A stretch of DNA of 64,000 bases, from assembly GCF_003991155.1 (NCBI RefSeq), contig NZ_CP031293.1. One strand, 5' to 3'. Positions 1 to 11,655 of this stretch are shown here, in pieces (the first letter of the stretch is position 1; every line of letters starts with the position of its first letter). The notes under the pieces were generated by a model, which was not told where the DNA came from, made no database searches, and was given only the letters and a program-made list of their open reading frames with translations. The position numbers and the translations under genes are program-made. Source of the DNA: Escherichia coli. GTDB taxonomy: Bacteria > Pseudomonadota > Gammaproteobacteria > Enterobacterales > Enterobacteriaceae.

Positions 1-1098
1 CAACGCTGGCGATTAATTCTTGGCGAAGCGGCAGAAACGACCCTTTGTGGGCTGGATGACAATGCCCGGCAGATAGACCACGCGCTGGAGTGGCTGTATG
101 GGCGCGATCCTGAACGGCTCCAGCGTGGTGAACGCTCTGGTGGATTAGGTGGCTCAAATCTCACCACCCCTGAGTGGATCAACAGTATTCACACACTGTT
201 TCCGCAACAGGTGATTGAGCGACTGGAAAGCGATGCCGTACTGCGCTACGGCATTGAAGATGTGGTGACGAATCTCGACGTACTGGAACGTATGCAGCCT
301 TCTGAAAGCCTGCTACGCGCCGTTTTGCACACCAAACATCTGATGAATCCCGAAGTACTGGCTGCCGCCCGCCAGATAGTGCGCCAGGTTGTTGAAGAAA
401 TTATGGCTCGACTGGCAAAGGAAGTTCGTCAGGCTTTTTCTGGTGTCCGCGATCGCCGTCGCCGCTCATTTATTCCACTGGCGCGAAACTTTGATTTCAA
501 AAGTACTCTGCGCGCCAACCTGCAACACTGGCACCCGCAACACGGCAAGTTGTATATCGAATCCCCCCGCTTTAACAGCCGCATTAAACGCCAAAGCGAA
601 CAATGGCAACTGGTCTTACTGGTTGATCAAAGCGGATCAATGGTGGACTCGGTGATCCACTCCGCAGTGATGGCGGCCTGTTTATGGCAGTTACCCGGTA
701 TTCGTACCCATCTGGTGGCGTTTGACACCAGCGTCGTCGATCTCACGGCAGACGTTGCTGATCCGGTAGAATTATTAATGAAAGTGCAATTAGGCGGCGG
801 GACCAATATCGCCAGTGCTGTGGAATATGGTCGGCAACTTATTGAACAACCAGCGAAAAGCGTCATCATCCTCGTGAGCGATTTTTATGAAGGGGGTTCA
901 TCATCATTGCTGACGCATCAGGTGAAAAAGTGTGTCCAGAGCGGCATCAAAGTGCTGGGGCTGGCAGCGCTCGACAGCACCGCAACGCCTTGCTATGACC
1001 GCGATATGGCCCAGGCGCTGGTTAATGTTGGCGCACAAATAGCCGCAATGACACCGGGTGAACTGGCTACCTGGCTTGCGGAGAATTTGCAGTCATGA
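1..1098 (+). CDS. yehP: von Willebrand factor A (VWA) domain protein YehP, 5' end outside window
   Basis: Frame open from position 1; MIDAS-like motif LLVDQSGSM; stop overlaps next gene start (ATGA). Recognised from K-12 yehLMPQ cluster. Confidence 0.85.
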   Translation, partial: QRWRLILGEAAETTLCGLDDNARQIDHALEWLYGRDPERLQRGERSGGLGGSNLTTPEWINSIHTLFPQQVIERLESDAVLRYGIEDVVTNLDVLERMQPSESLLRAVLHTKHLMNPEVLAAARQIVRQVVEEIMARLAKEVRQAFSGVRDRRRRSFIPLARNFDFKSTLRANLQHWHPQHGKLYIESPRFNSRIKRQSEQWQLVLLVDQSGSMVDSVIHSAVMAACLWQLPGIRTHLVAFDTSVVDLTADVADPVELLMKVQLGGGTNIASAVEYGRQLIEQPAKSVIILVSDFYEGGSSSLLTHQVKKCVQSGIKVLGLAALDSTATPCYDRDMAQALVNVGAQIAAMTPGELATWLAENLQS

Positions 1099-3095
1099 AT
1101 TCACTACGTCCGGAATTATTAGAACTCACGCCGCAGGCCCTGACGGCGTTAAGCAATGCCGGTTTTGTTAAGCGCAGTCTTAAGGAACTGGAAAATGGCA
1201 ACGTCCCGGAAATCAGCCATGAGAACGGCGCTTTAATCGCCACCTTCAGTGACGGTGTCCGTACCCAACTGGCGAGCGGTCAGGCACTGAAAGAGGCTCA
1301 GTGCAGCTGCGGGGCCAACGGCATGTGCCGCCATCGCGTGATGCTGGTTTTAAGTTATCAGCGACTTTGCGCCACCACCCAGCCTACGGAAAAAGAAGAA
1401 GAGTGGGATCCGGCAATCTGGCTGGAAGAACTGGCTACCCTGCCCGATGCCACCCGCAAACGCGCACAGACACTGGTCGCTAAAGGCATCACCATTGAGT
1501 TGTTCTGTACGCCGGGCGAAATTCCCTCTGCCCGCTTACCGATGAGCGATGTACGTTTTTATTCCCGCAGCAGCATTCGTTTCGCACGCTGTGATTGTAT
1601 TGAAGGCACGCTGTGTGAACACGTAGCACTGGCTGTGCAGGCCTTCGTCGAGGCCAAAACTCAGCAAGCGGAATTTACTCATTTAATCTGGCAGATGCGC
1701 AGCGAACACGTCACATCATCTGACGATCCGTTTGCCAACGATGAGGGCGACGCGTGTCGTCAATATGTTCAGCAATTAAGCCAGGCGTTATGGCTTGGCG
1801 GCATCAGCCAGCCGCTTATTCATTACGAGGCTGCTTTCAGCCGCGCGCAGCAAGCGGCGGAACGCTGCAACTGGCGCTGGGTAAGTGAATCACTACGACA
1901 GCTACGGGCAAGCGTTGATGCCTTCCACGCCCGCGCCAGTCACTATCATGCCGGAGAATGCTTACGTCAGCTTGCGGCATTAAACAGTCGATTAAATTGC
2001 GCACAAGAGATGGCGCGGCGCGACAGTGTTGGTGAAGTTCCTCCTGTGCCGTGGCGCACGGTCGTTGGCGCTGGCATTGCCGGAGAAGCAAAGCTTGATC
2101 ATCTGCGGCTGGTGTCTTTAGGTATGCGTTGCTGGCAGGATATTGAACAGTATGGTTTACGCATCTGGTTCACCGATCCCGACACCGGCAGTATTTTGCA
2201 CCTTTCGCGTAGTTGGCCGAGAAGCGAACAAGAAAACGCTCCCGCGGCAAAACGTCGGCTGTTTAGTTTTCAGGCTGGCGCACTGGCAGGTGGGCAAATT
2301 GTTTCACAAGCAGCGCGTCGCAGTGCCGAAGGCGAACTGCTGTTCGCGACCCGTAACCGCTTGAGTAGTGTTGTGCCGCTGTCGCCAGATGCCTGGCAAA
2401 TGTTGAGCGCGCCGTTGCGCCAGCCGGGCATTGTGGCTTTGCGGGAATATTTACGCCAGCGTCCCCCCGCCTGCATACGGCCTCTTAATCAGGTGGATAA
2501 CTTATTTATTCTGCCGGTCGCTGAGTGTATTTCACTCGGTTGGGATAGCAGCCGCCAGACGCTGGATGCGGAGGTAATCAGCGGCGAAGGTGAAGATAAC
2601 GTGCTGACATTATCCCTACCAGCCTCTGCCTGTTCGCCCTTTGCTGTTGAACGCATGGCAGCTCTGTTACAACAAACAGAGGACCCCGTGAGTCTGGTTT
2701 CTGGCTTTGTCAGCTTTGTAGAGGGGCAATTGACACTGGAACCACGGGTGATGATGACAAAAACCCGCGCCTGGGCGCTGGACGCAGAAACTGCGCCTGT
2801 GGCACCGCTACCTTCTGCCAGCGTTCTGCCTGTGCCGTCTACCGCTCATCAGTTGCTGATGCGCTGCCAGGCGTTACTTATTCAACTGCTCCATAACGGC
2901 TGGCGCTATCAGGAACAGAGTGCTATTGGTCAGGCAGAGTTGCTGGCGAATGACCTCACCGCGGTGGGTTTTTATCGGCTGGCACATGTGTTGGCACAAT
3001 TTCGTAATACAGAAAGCGAGGCACGGGTAGAAGCAATGAATAACGGTGTTTTGATTTGCGAACAATTATTCCCCATGCTTCAGCAACAAGGATGA
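1095..3095 (+). CDS. yehQ: SWIM zinc-finger protein YehQ
   Basis: 666-aa ORF with two CxC...CxH SWIM-like motifs (CSCGANGMCRH, CDCIEGTLCEH); start translationally coupled to yehP. Exact start uncertain. Confidence 0.8.
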   Translation: MNSLRPELLELTPQALTALSNAGFVKRSLKELENGNVPEISHENGALIATFSDGVRTQLASGQALKEAQCSCGANGMCRHRVMLVLSYQRLCATTQPTEKEEEWDPAIWLEELATLPDATRKRAQTLVAKGITIELFCTPGEIPSARLPMSDVRFYSRSSIRFARCDCIEGTLCEHVALAVQAFVEAKTQQAEFTHLIWQMRSEHVTSSDDPFANDEGDACRQYVQQLSQALWLGGISQPLIHYEAAFSRAQQAAERCNWRWVSESLRQLRASVDAFHARASHYHAGECLRQLAALNSRLNCAQEMARRDSVGEVPPVPWRTVVGAGIAGEAKLDHLRLVSLGMRCWQDIEQYGLRIWFTDPDTGSILHLSRSWPRSEQENAPAAKRRLFSFQAGALAGGQIVSQAARRSAEGELLFATRNRLSSVVPLSPDAWQMLSAPLRQPGIVALREYLRQRPPACIRPLNQVDNLFILPVAECISLGWDSSRQTLDAEVISGEGEDNVLTLSLPASACSPFAVERMAALLQQTEDPVSLVSGFVSFVEGQLTLEPRVMMTKTRAWALDAETAPVAPLPSASVLPVPSTAHQLLMRCQALLIQLLHNGWRYQEQSAIGQAELLANDLTAVGFYRLAHVLAQFRNTESEARVEAMNNGVLICEQLFPMLQQQG

Positions 3096-3219
3096 AATAG
3101 TGCTTTTTACTAAGAGTTCTACTCCAGTTCCGGACTGCTCACGCCACAGTATTAGGCATATCCTATATAGCCCCTGGTGAGAGTCACCAGTTCCTTGATT
3201 AAATAAAATGGAGTTTTAC

Positions 3220-3681
3220 ATGAAGGCTTTCAATAAGCTGTTTTCCCTTGTGGTAGCATCTGTTCTGGTTTTCTCTCTTGCTGGCTGCGGTGACAAAGAA
3301 GAATCGAAGAAATTCAGCGCCAATCTGAACGGCACTGAAATTGCCATTACCTATGTCTACAAAGGTGACAAGGTGCTTAAGCAATCTTCTGAAACCAAAA
3401 TTCAATTTGCCTCCATTGGTGCAACCACCAAAGAAGATGCCGCCAGGACACTTGAGCCGTTAAGCGCCAAATACAAAAACATCGCGGGTGTTGAAGAAAA
3501 ATTAACCTATACCGATACCTACGCGCAGGAAAACGTGACTATTGATATGGAAAAAGTGGATTTTAAAGCCCTGCAGGGTATTTCAGGAATCAACGTTTCT
3601 GCTGAAGATGCCAAAAAAGGTATCACTATGGCGCAAATGGAACTGGTGATGAAAGCCGCTGGTTTTAAAGAAGTGAAATAA
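3220..3681 (+). CDS. yehR: lipoprotein YehR
   Basis: Signal peptide with lipobox LAGC; second in-frame ATG chosen to give 153 aa. Confidence 0.85.
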   Translation: MKAFNKLFSLVVASVLVFSLAGCGDKEESKKFSANLNGTEIAITYVYKGDKVLKQSSETKIQFASIGATTKEDAARTLEPLSAKYKNIAGVEEKLTYTDTYAQENVTIDMEKVDFKALQGISGINVSAEDAKKGITMAQMELVMKAAGFKEVK

Positions 3682-3687
3682 TCTGTC

Positions 3688-3712
3688 GGCGGCCATGTTT
3701 CGCATGGCCGCC
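3688..3712. terminator. hairpin between convergent yehR and yehS
   Basis: Perfect 10-bp inverted repeat GGCGGCCATG/CATGGCCGCC with 5-nt loop. Confidence 0.5.
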
Positions 3713-3721
3713 ATACCCGTC

Positions 3722-4192
3722 TTAGCTTTTCTTCACATGCTGGCGCGCTGCCAGTCCACGCAGAAAATAACGTAAAAATTGATCGCCGCATTCGCGGAAG
3801 TTTTTATGATCCGGTGCACGCATCATCGCCGTAATTTCCGGCATCGAAACGCGGAACTGCTGTTCGGTGAGGATTGCCAGAATGTCATCGGTTTTAAGCG
3901 AAAACGCGATGCGTAATTTTTTCAGCACGATGTTGTTATTAATGCGACGTTCCGGCTCCAGTGCCGGAGCAGACTCATCCTTGCCGCGTTTTTCATAAAT
4001 CAGGCAATTGAGGAATGAAGACAAAACAATGTCCGGACAACGCTGAAAACCCTCTTCGTCTTCTTTACGTAGCCAGACGGCGATCTGTTCCGCGGTGGCT
4101 TCGACATTACCCAGCGCCAGAATACGCACCAGGTCATTATTATTGGCTTTCAAAATGTAGCGCACGCTGCGCAGAATATCGTTACTTAGCAT
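3722..4192 (-). CDS. yehS: DUF1456 family protein YehS
   Basis: ORF trimmed to internal Met giving 156 aa as in K-12. Confidence 0.8.
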   Translation of the reverse strand: MLSNDILRSVRYILKANNNDLVRILALGNVEATAEQIAVWLRKEDEEGFQRCPDIVLSSFLNCLIYEKRGKDESAPALEPERRINNNIVLKKLRIAFSLKTDDILAILTEQQFRVSMPEITAMMRAPDHKNFRECGDQFLRYFLRGLAARQHVKKS

Positions 4193-4238
4193 GAGGCCTT
4201 CAGGTGTTGATGAGGCAAAAAGCCATTTTAGCAGTCTT

Positions 4239-4958
4239 TTACAGGCCAATCGCCTCTTTTAAGCTTTTCAGATAACGGCGGCTGACCGGCACGGTTAAGC
4301 CATTACGCAAAATCAACTCGGCCTGACCGTTATCTTCCAGACGAATCTCCTGTAAATGCGCGAGGTTAACCAGATACTGACGATGGCAGCGCAGTAGTGG
4401 TGTACGACTCTCCAGGGTACGTAATGTCAGTTCGGTAAAGCCCTCTTTCCCTTCGTGACTGGTAACGTAGACACCGCTCATCCGACTGCTGACAAATGCC
4501 ACATCTTTCATTTGCAGCAAATAAATCCGACTATGCCCCGTACAAGGGATAAATTTCAGCGCCTGTTGATTTTCCGGTAACAACGAAACATCCTGCTTGC
4601 TGCGCTCCAGACGCAATCGCGCCAGCGTTTTCTCCAGTCGCGCTTCATCAATTGGCTTCAGCAGATAATCAAAGGCATGTTCTTCAAAGGCTTTAATGGC
4701 GTATTCGTCAAACGCGGTGAGAAAAACAATATACGGGCGATGTTCCGGGTCGAGCATCCCCACCATTTCCAGACCACTGATGCGCGGCATCTGGATATCG
4801 AGAAACAGCACATCCGGGCGCAGTTTATGCACCGCGCCGATCCCTTCTACGGCGTTTGAACACTCTCCAACGATTTCAATATCGCTCTGCTCCTGCAAAA
4901 ATACGCGCAGGTTCTCCCGTGCTAACGGTTCATCATCGACAATTAAGACTTTAATCAT
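4239..4958 (-). CDS. btsR: LytTR-family response regulator BtsR (YehT)
   Basis: N-terminal receiver domain [17 protein letters not shown]; 239 aa; overlaps btsS stop. Confidence 0.9.
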   Translation of the reverse strand: MIKVLIVDDEPLARENLRVFLQEQSDIEIVGECSNAVEGIGAVHKLRPDVLFLDIQMPRISGLEMVGMLDPEHRPYIVFLTAFDEYAIKAFEEHAFDYLLKPIDEARLEKTLARLRLERSKQDVSLLPENQQALKFIPCTGHSRIYLLQMKDVAFVSSRMSGVYVTSHEGKEGFTELTLRTLESRTPLLRCHRQYLVNLAHLQEIRLEDNGQAELILRNGLTVPVSRRYLKSLKEAIGL

Positions 4959-6640
4959 GCCTCGTCCCTCCATGGTAGTCGTAACGTTATTCGGGTGTAA
5001 CTATCAGGCTCACAGGCGACGCTTATCCCATAGTCATCGCCAAACCGTTCACGTAAACGCTTATCCACCAGATTCATCCCCAGCCCACTGGCATTGGTTA
5101 CCGGTTGATACAAACCTGCATTGTCTTCGATCTCCAGCATCAAATGTTGCCCCTCACGTCGGGCGCTGATTGCCACTCGCCCTGTATCCAGCAGTTGTGA
5201 TGTCCCATGTTTAATGGCGTTTTCCACTATCGGTTGCAGGGTAAACGCGGGCAATTGCTGCTGGGATAATTCTTGCGGAATAGCAATGTTGACCTGCAAC
5301 CGCGACTGGAAGCGCGCCTTTTCAATTTGCAGATAAGCGTTCACATGTTCAATTTCGTCGGCGAGAGTAACAAACTCCGAAGGCCGCTTTAAGTTTTTGC
5401 GGAAAAAAGTGGAAAGATACTGCACCAGCTGGCTGGCCTGTTCGCTGTCGCGGCGGATCACCGCTTTAATGGTGTTAAGCGCATTAAACAAAAAATGGGG
5501 ATTCACCTGGGCGTGAAGCAGTTTGATCTCTGACTGGGTGAGCATCGCTTTTTGCCGCTCATATTGCCCGGCGAGGATCTGTGCCGAAAGCAGTTGCGCA
5601 ATCCCCTCACCCAGCGTGCGATTGATTGAACTGAATAAACGGTTTTTGGCTTCATACAATTTGATGGTACCCATCACTCGCTGATTTTCACCACGCAACG
5701 GAATGACCAGCGTCGACCCCAGTTTGCATTGCGGATGCAAAGAGCAACGGTAAGGCACTTCGTTGCCATCAGCGTAGACCACTTCACCGGTTTCAATCGC
5801 TTTTAAGGTATAAGTTGAAGAAATCGGTTTGCCGGGTAAATGGTGGTCGTCACCAATTCCGGTAAAGGCCAGCAATTTCTCTCGATCGGTAATCGCGACT
5901 GCACCAATATCCAGCTCCTGATACAGCACCTGTGCCACTTTCATGCTGTTCTCTTCGTTAAACCCCTGGCGCAAAATGCCTTCCGTCGAGGCCGCCACTT
6001 TCAGCGCAGTGGCAGAAAAAGCCGAAGTGTATTTTTCAAACATCGCGCGTTTATCGAGCAATATACGCATAAACAGTGCCGCGCCGACGGTATTGGTGAC
6101 CATCATTGGCGCAGCAATATTACTCACCAGACGCACCGCATCTTCATAAGGTCGGGCGATCGCCAGGATGATCAACATTTGCACCATTTCAGCGACGAAC
6201 GTAACGGCACCGGCGGTAATGGGGTTAAAGACTTTATCAGTGCGCCCGCGACGGATCAGGATGCTGTGTACCAGGCCGCCGAGCAATCCTTCAACGATGG
6301 TCGAGATCATGCAACTTAGCGCGGTCATGCCCCCCATCGAATATCGATGTAACCCGCCGGTCAGACCAACCAGCCCACCGACGACCGGACCGCCGAGTAA
6401 GCCGCCCATTACCGCGCCTATCGCACGGGTATTGGCAATAGAATCGTCAATGTGCAACCCAAACCAGGTGCCCATGATGCAGAAGATGGAAAAGACGATG
6501 TAGCAGAGAAATTTATGCGGCAGACGAACCGTGACCTGCATTAGCGGTATGAATAATGGCGTTTTACTCATTAACCACGCAATGACTAAAAAAACGCACA
6601 TCTGCTGAAGCAGCAGCAACACCAGATTAAAATCGTACAT
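4955..6640 (-). CDS. btsS: sensor histidine kinase BtsS (YehU), pyruvate-sensing two-component system
   Basis: 561-aa membrane sensor kinase upstream of and overlapping btsR. Confidence 0.9.
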   Translation of the reverse strand: MYDFNLVLLLLQQMCVFLVIAWLMSKTPLFIPLMQVTVRLPHKFLCYIVFSIFCIMGTWFGLHIDDSIANTRAIGAVMGGLLGGPVVGGLVGLTGGLHRYSMGGMTALSCMISTIVEGLLGGLVHSILIRRGRTDKVFNPITAGAVTFVAEMVQMLIILAIARPYEDAVRLVSNIAAPMMVTNTVGAALFMRILLDKRAMFEKYTSAFSATALKVAASTEGILRQGFNEENSMKVAQVLYQELDIGAVAITDREKLLAFTGIGDDHHLPGKPISSTYTLKAIETGEVVYADGNEVPYRCSLHPQCKLGSTLVIPLRGENQRVMGTIKLYEAKNRLFSSINRTLGEGIAQLLSAQILAGQYERQKAMLTQSEIKLLHAQVNPHFLFNALNTIKAVIRRDSEQASQLVQYLSTFFRKNLKRPSEFVTLADEIEHVNAYLQIEKARFQSRLQVNIAIPQELSQQQLPAFTLQPIVENAIKHGTSQLLDTGRVAISARREGQHLMLEIEDNAGLYQPVTNASGLGMNLVDKRLRERFGDDYGISVACEPDSYTRITLRLPWRDEA

Positions 6641-6861
6641 ACCCGCAAACCACACTTCCCTTTAAAACGCGTAACATACATTGCCTGCGTTTAACTTTCT
6701 TTGAACTCTTGCAGAAAAATGAGAATTCGTGAGTACGATCACTCAAAATCGCCTGGCAAAAATAAAATCACCCTATAGATGCACAAAAAACGGGCAAAAC
6801 TACCTGGTTCGCAAAACTGCGTCTAAAGTTAAACCGGGACCTCGCGAGCAAGGGTGAGACG

Positions 6862-7593
6862 ATGGCGCTTTACACAATTGGTGAAGTGGCGTTGCTTTGT
6901 GATATTAACCCTGTCACGTTACGCGCGTGGCAGAGGCGTTACGGATTGCTGAAACCGCAACGGACAGACGGCGGTCATCGGCTGTTCAACGATGCCGATA
7001 TTGACCGGATCCGCGAGATCAAACGCTGGATCGACAACGGCGTGCAGGTCAGCAAAGTAAAAATGCTGCTCAGTAATGAAAATGTTGATGTGCAGAACGG
7101 CTGGCGCGATCAGCAAGAAACATTACTGACTTACCTGCAAAGCGGCAATCTGCATAGCCTGCGAACGTGGATCAAAGAGCGCGGTCAGGATTACCCCGCC
7201 CAGACACTCACCACACATCTGTTTATTCCTCTGCGCCGACGACTTCAGTGTCAACAACCGACTCTCCAGGCGCTGCTAGCGATCCTCGACGGCGTACTGA
7301 TCAACTACATCGCCATCTGTCTGGCTTCGGCACGTAAAAAACAGGGTAAAGATGCGCTGGTGGTTGGCTGGAATATTCACGATACCACCCGTCTGTGGCT
7401 GGAGGGCTGGATTGCCAGTCAACAAGGATGGCGCATTGATGTCCTCGCCCACTCGCTCAATCAACTACGCCCTGAACTGTTCGAAGGCCGTACATTGCTG
7501 GTGTGGTGCGGTGAAAATCGAACCTCCGCCCAACAGCAGCAACTCACCAGTTGGCAGGAACAAGGCCATGATATTTTCCCACTCGGCATTTAA
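6862..7593 (+). CDS. mlrA: MerR-family transcriptional regulator MlrA
   Basis: N-terminal MerR HTH (YTIGEVALLCDINPVTLRAWQRRYGLL); 243 aa. Confidence 0.9.
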   Translation: MALYTIGEVALLCDINPVTLRAWQRRYGLLKPQRTDGGHRLFNDADIDRIREIKRWIDNGVQVSKVKMLLSNENVDVQNGWRDQQETLLTYLQSGNLHSLRTWIKERGQDYPAQTLTTHLFIPLRRRLQCQQPTLQALLAILDGVLINYIAICLASARKKQGKDALVVGWNIHDTTRLWLEGWIASQQGWRIDVLAHSLNQLRPELFEGRTLLVWCGENRTSAQQQQLTSWQEQGHDIFPLGI

Positions 7594-7652
7594 TGATTCG
7601 TTAACAAATGCGCTTTACTGTACAATCCTTTCGTTAACATAAGGAGTGCATT

Positions 7653-7760
7653 ATGCGCATAGCTAAAATTGGGGTCATCGCCCTGTTCCTGTTTATGGCG
7701 TTAGGCGGAATTGGTGGCGTCATGCTCGCAGGTTATACCTTTATTTTGCGTGCTGGCTGA
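7653..7760 (+). CDS. yohO: small membrane protein YohO (35 aa)
   Basis: Not in ORF track (<60 aa). RBS AAGGAG then ATG; encodes [35 protein letters not shown]; overlaps 3' end of convergent yehW. Confidence 0.75.
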
Positions 7761-8472
7761 ACGCCTGCACCAGCCTTTCAAACAGGCGGTCTGCGATGAT
7801 CGCCGCCAGTGCCACCAGTAACGCCCCCTGGATCACATACGCGGTATTAAATCCGCTAAGCCCGATGATGATCGGCATACCCAGCGTGCTGGCCCCTACC
7901 GTTGAGGCGATCGTCGCCGTACCAATGTTGATAATCACCGAAGTTCGCACGCCCGCCAGAATCACCGGAGCCGCCAGCGGTAGCTCGACCTTACGCAGTC
8001 GCTGACCACGACTCATTCCCATACCTTTCGCAACTTCTGTCACGCTGGCATCAATCGCTCCCAGCCCGGCAAGTGTCGCCTGCAGGACGGGCAGCACGCC
8101 GTAAAGGATCAAGGCGATAATCGCGGGTTGCAGACCAAAGCCGATCACCGGAACGGCAATCGCCAGCACCGCGACGGGCGGAAAAGTCTGCCCAACGGCG
8201 GCAATAGTTTCCACCAGTGGGCGAAATTCCGCGCCCCACGGGCGAGTAACAATAATTCCTGCACCAGTGCCAATGATCACCGCAAACAAACTCGAAATTC
8301 CCACCAGCCAGAAATGAGCCAGTGCCAGAGCTGCAAAACTTTCTTGCTGATAAACGGGGCGTGGCAGTTGTGGGAACAAGGCAGCAAACAGCGGCTGGCT
8401 GTAAGGCAGCCAGAAAATCAGTGCCACAAACAAAGCAATGAGCCAGAACAGCGGATCGCGCAACATCTTCAT
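7741..8472 (-). CDS. yehW: osmoprotectant ABC transporter permease YehW
   Basis: 243-aa polytopic membrane ORF in yehZYXW operon. Confidence 0.9.
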
Positions 8473-8476
8473 ACGT

Positions 8477-9403
8477 TTATGCCTCCACCAGCAGATCCTG
8501 AAAATGCAGCGTGCCGCAAGGCTGGCCCTGCGTGTTCATCACCGGCAGCACCTCGCATCCCCGCGCGACAAACAGGGAGAGCGCATCGCGTAGCGTCATC
8601 TCTTCTGCCAGTGCCTCACCTTCTGCACGTTCTTCGCGACGCACGTAATCCGCCACACTACGTAACGAAAGCAGGCGCACACCCAGTTCACTACGTCCAA
8701 AAAACTGGCGAACAAAATCATTCGCCGGACGAGTCAGCATCGTCAGCGGATTGCCCTGCTGCACCACTTCACCGTGATCCATCAATACCAAATGTTCTGC
8801 CAGCCGTAGCGCCTCATCAATATCATGAGTGACCAGCACAATAGTGCGCCCCTGCAAACGGTGAATGCGCGTCATCTCTTGTTGCAACGCGCCGCGCGTT
8901 ACCGGGTCCAGTGCGCCAAAAGGTTCATCCATCAGCAAGACTTGCGGATCGGCAGCCAGTGCGCGCGCCACTCCCACACGTTGCTGCTGACCACCGGAAA
9001 GCTGATGCGGATAACGCTCACGCAGATTTGACTCCAGCCCCAGTAGCGCCATTAATTCGTCGATACGATCGTCAATCCGTGCCCGCGACCATTTTTGTAA
9101 TTGCGGCACGGTAGCGATGTTTTGCGCCACGCTCCAGTGGGGGAACAGGCCAATAGATTGAATGGCATAGCCCATCCGGCGGCGCAACTCCAGTACTGGC
9201 AGCGAGCGAATTTCTTCTCCGGCAAAGCGGATCACGCCGCTGTCATGCTCCACCAGGCGGTTGATCATTTTCAGGGTGGTGGATTTGCCGGAGCCAGATG
9301 TGCCAATCAGCACCGAAAAACTCCCCTCCTGAAAATTGAGATTGAGATCGTTAACGGCTTTTTGTGCGCCGAACAGTTTGCTGACATGGCTAAATTCAAT
9401 CAT
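8477..9403 (-). CDS. yehX: osmoprotectant ABC transporter ATP-binding protein YehX
   Basis: Walker [13 protein letters not shown] signature [10 protein letters not shown]-terminal CBS-like region. Confidence 0.9.
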   Translation of the reverse strand: MIEFSHVSKLFGAQKAVNDLNLNFQEGSFSVLIGTSGSGKSTTLKMINRLVEHDSGVIRFAGEEIRSLPVLELRRRMGYAIQSIGLFPHWSVAQNIATVPQLQKWSRARIDDRIDELMALLGLESNLRERYPHQLSGGQQQRVGVARALAADPQVLLMDEPFGALDPVTRGALQQEMTRIHRLQGRTIVLVTHDIDEALRLAEHLVLMDHGEVVQQGNPLTMLTRPANDFVRQFFGRSELGVRLLSLRSVADYVRREERAEGEALAEEMTLRDALSLFVARGCEVLPVMNTQGQPCGTLHFQDLLVEA

Positions 9404-10553
9404 TACGTTTCACCTTCAGCAGTGCGATAAGCAAATCGAACAGCGCGTCGGTAAGCACCGCCAGAACAATTACCGGGATCACCCCCAGCAACACTAAATC
9501 AATGGCGCTGCTTAGCAGCCCCTGGAAAACCAGCGCACCAAAACCGCCTGCGCCGATTAACGCCGCAATCACCGCCATGCCGACGGTTTGCACCATCACC
9601 ACCCGCAGGCTACGCAGAAATACCGGTAACGCCAGCGGTAACTGAACATGCAGGAATCGCTGCGCCTCGCTCATGCCCATCGCTCTGGCGCTCTCCAGCA
9701 TATCGCGCGGGATCTGGTTCAAGCCGACTACCACGCCGCGCACCAGCGGCAGCAAGGCATAGAGCACCAGCGCAATCAGTGCGGGTGTCATTCCGGTTCC
9801 TGCTATGCCGAGCTTACCCAGCCACGGAAAGGCCGTAACCAGCGCGGCAAGCGGCGCAATCAACAGGCCAAAGAGCGCCACCGAAGGCACGGTCTGAATG
9901 ACATTCAACAGAGAAAAAATCGCCCCCTGCCGCGCAGTGGAAAAGTAGCACCAGACGCCCAGCGGCACACCAATCACTAACGCAGGCAGCACCGCACCAA
10001 ACAGCAACGTCAGATGTTGTGCCAGCGCGTCGTCAAACACATCCTGACGGTTGGCGTATTCTTTCATTAGCGAGAGATCGTTAAGCGTGCCGGAGTACAG
10101 CAACCACAGCGGAATAATGGCAATCTGCATATGCAACAACCAGCGCCACAGCGGATGCGTGGAGATTCGGCGGATGGCATCGCTACAGGCCAGCAATGCC
10201 AGCGCCGCAGCCAGCCAGAAACCACTGCCGAGGCTGGTACGCGCCAGCGCACTGCCATTTTGCGCCAGTTGGGTCGCCGCTTTTCCCGCTCCCCACACCA
10301 GCAATACGAAGACGAGTTGCGCCAGGATGAGTGCAAAAATGCTGCCTTTTCTACCGGGAATAAAACAGGCTGTCAGCCAGGCGCAACATACGCCCACCAG
10401 CATCCAGATCGTTTGCGGCCACAACTGCCAGAGATGACGCCCCTCACCAGAGACTAAACGATTAGGCGCGTAACTGATAAACGGCAGCGCCGCTGCGATT
10501 GCCGTCAGCAACAGCAGCAGCGCCAGAACAGGATTAATACGTAAATAAGTCAC
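9396..10553 (-). CDS. yehY: osmoprotectant ABC transporter permease YehY
   Basis: 385-aa membrane ORF, overlaps yehX start. Confidence 0.9.
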   Translation of the reverse strand: MTYLRINPVLALLLLLTAIAAALPFISYAPNRLVSGEGRHLWQLWPQTIWMLVGVCCAWLTACFIPGRKGSIFALILAQLVFVLLVWGAGKAATQLAQNGSALARTSLGSGFWLAAALALLACSDAIRRISTHPLWRWLLHMQIAIIPLWLLYSGTLNDLSLMKEYANRQDVFDDALAQHLTLLFGAVLPALVIGVPLGVWCYFSTARQGAIFSLLNVIQTVPSVALFGLLIAPLAALVTAFPWLGKLGIAGTGMTPALIALVLYALLPLVRGVVVGLNQIPRDMLESARAMGMSEAQRFLHVQLPLALPVFLRSLRVVMVQTVGMAVIAALIGAGGFGALVFQGLLSSAIDLVLLGVIPVIVLAVLTDALFDLLIALLKVKRND

Positions 10554-10559
10554 GGGAAA

Positions 10560-11477
10560 TTACTTCGTCCACCCTTTTTGTTTCAGGTAGTCGGCAGCCA
10601 CTTTTTTGGCATCCAGTCCTTCAACGGCAATGCTGGCATTCAGTTGCTGTAATGTTTTTTCATCGAGGCTGGCGAAGACTGGCTGTAGCCACTGTGCCAT
10701 TTGCGGATACTCTTTCAACACCGACTCTCGCACCACTGGTGCAGGCGCGTAGATAGGCTGAACGCCTTGCGGATCGCTTAAGGTTTGCAGCCCCAGCGCC
10801 GCGACCGGACCGTCAGTGCCGTAAGCCATTGCGGCATTAACGCCGGATGTTTGCTGGGCAGCGGCCTTGATCGTCACCGCCGTGTCGCCACCAGCCAGTG
10901 ACAGCAACTGATCCTGACCGAGCTTAAAGCCATAGGCTTTTTCAAAGGCGGGTAACGCATCGGCGCGTTCGATAAACTCTGCTGAGGCAGCCAGTTTGAA
11001 GGTGCCACCCTCTTTCAGATAACGACTCAGGTCAGCAAGCGAAGTGAGTTTGTTTTTCTCTGCCACATCCTGACGCACGGCGATGGTCCAGGTGTTATTT
11101 GCAGGCGCGGGCGTCAGCCAGATTAACTTGTTTTGCTCTGCATCGAGTTTTTTGACTTTCTCATAGCCTTGCTGCGCGTTTTTCCATGCCGTATCGTTTT
11201 CATCTTTAAAGAAAAACGCGCCATTGCCAGTATATTCCGGATAGATATCCAGCTCACCAGAAGTGATCGCCCCGCGCACTACGGGAGTCGTTCCCAATTG
11301 CACTTTATTTACCGTAGGAACGCCGTGACTTTCCAGCACCTGCAAAATGATATTGCCGAGCAGCGCGCCTTCGGTATCGATTTTTGAACCGACTTTAACG
11401 GGGGAAGCCGCGTGCAGCGGCAGGCTCACGGCTGCCAACAAAACCAGTGAACCTGCCCAGACCTTTGAGAGTGGCAT
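10560..11477 (-). CDS. osmF: periplasmic glycine betaine-binding protein OsmF (YehZ)
   Basis: 305 aa with signal peptide; first gene of yehZYXW operon. Confidence 0.9.
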   Translation of the reverse strand: MPLSKVWAGSLVLLAAVSLPLHAASPVKVGSKIDTEGALLGNIILQVLESHGVPTVNKVQLGTTPVVRGAITSGELDIYPEYTGNGAFFFKDENDTAWKNAQQGYEKVKKLDAEQNKLIWLTPAPANNTWTIAVRQDVAEKNKLTSLADLSRYLKEGGTFKLAASAEFIERADALPAFEKAYGFKLGQDQLLSLAGGDTAVTIKAAAQQTSGVNAAMAYGTDGPVAALGLQTLSDPQGVQPIYAPAPVVRESVLKEYPQMAQWLQPVFASLDEKTLQQLNASIAVEGLDAKKVAADYLKQKGWTK

Positions 11478-11620
11478 GATGCTTTCCTCATTCTTTTACT
11501 GTTGTTTTCAGCGAATTAAGAGAAAAGCATAGTTGATAATGACAGGGTTAGCCTGAGCGGACGGATTCAGTTGCAGAATCAGATAAATACTTAAGAGGCA
11601 TATTCGGTCCGGCGTTTCCT

Positions 11621-11655
11621 GCCGGATGCGGCGCGAGCGCCTTATCCGGCCTACA
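11621..11655. repeat. REP (repetitive extragenic palindromic) element
   Basis: GCCGGATGCGGCGCGAGCGCCTTATCCGGCCTACA consensus-like REP. Confidence 0.8.

Noticed and set aside
5840-6503. Plus-strand ORFs (159 aa, 111 aa) inside btsS
   Set aside because: Antisense to the sensor kinase gene; composition-driven open frames.
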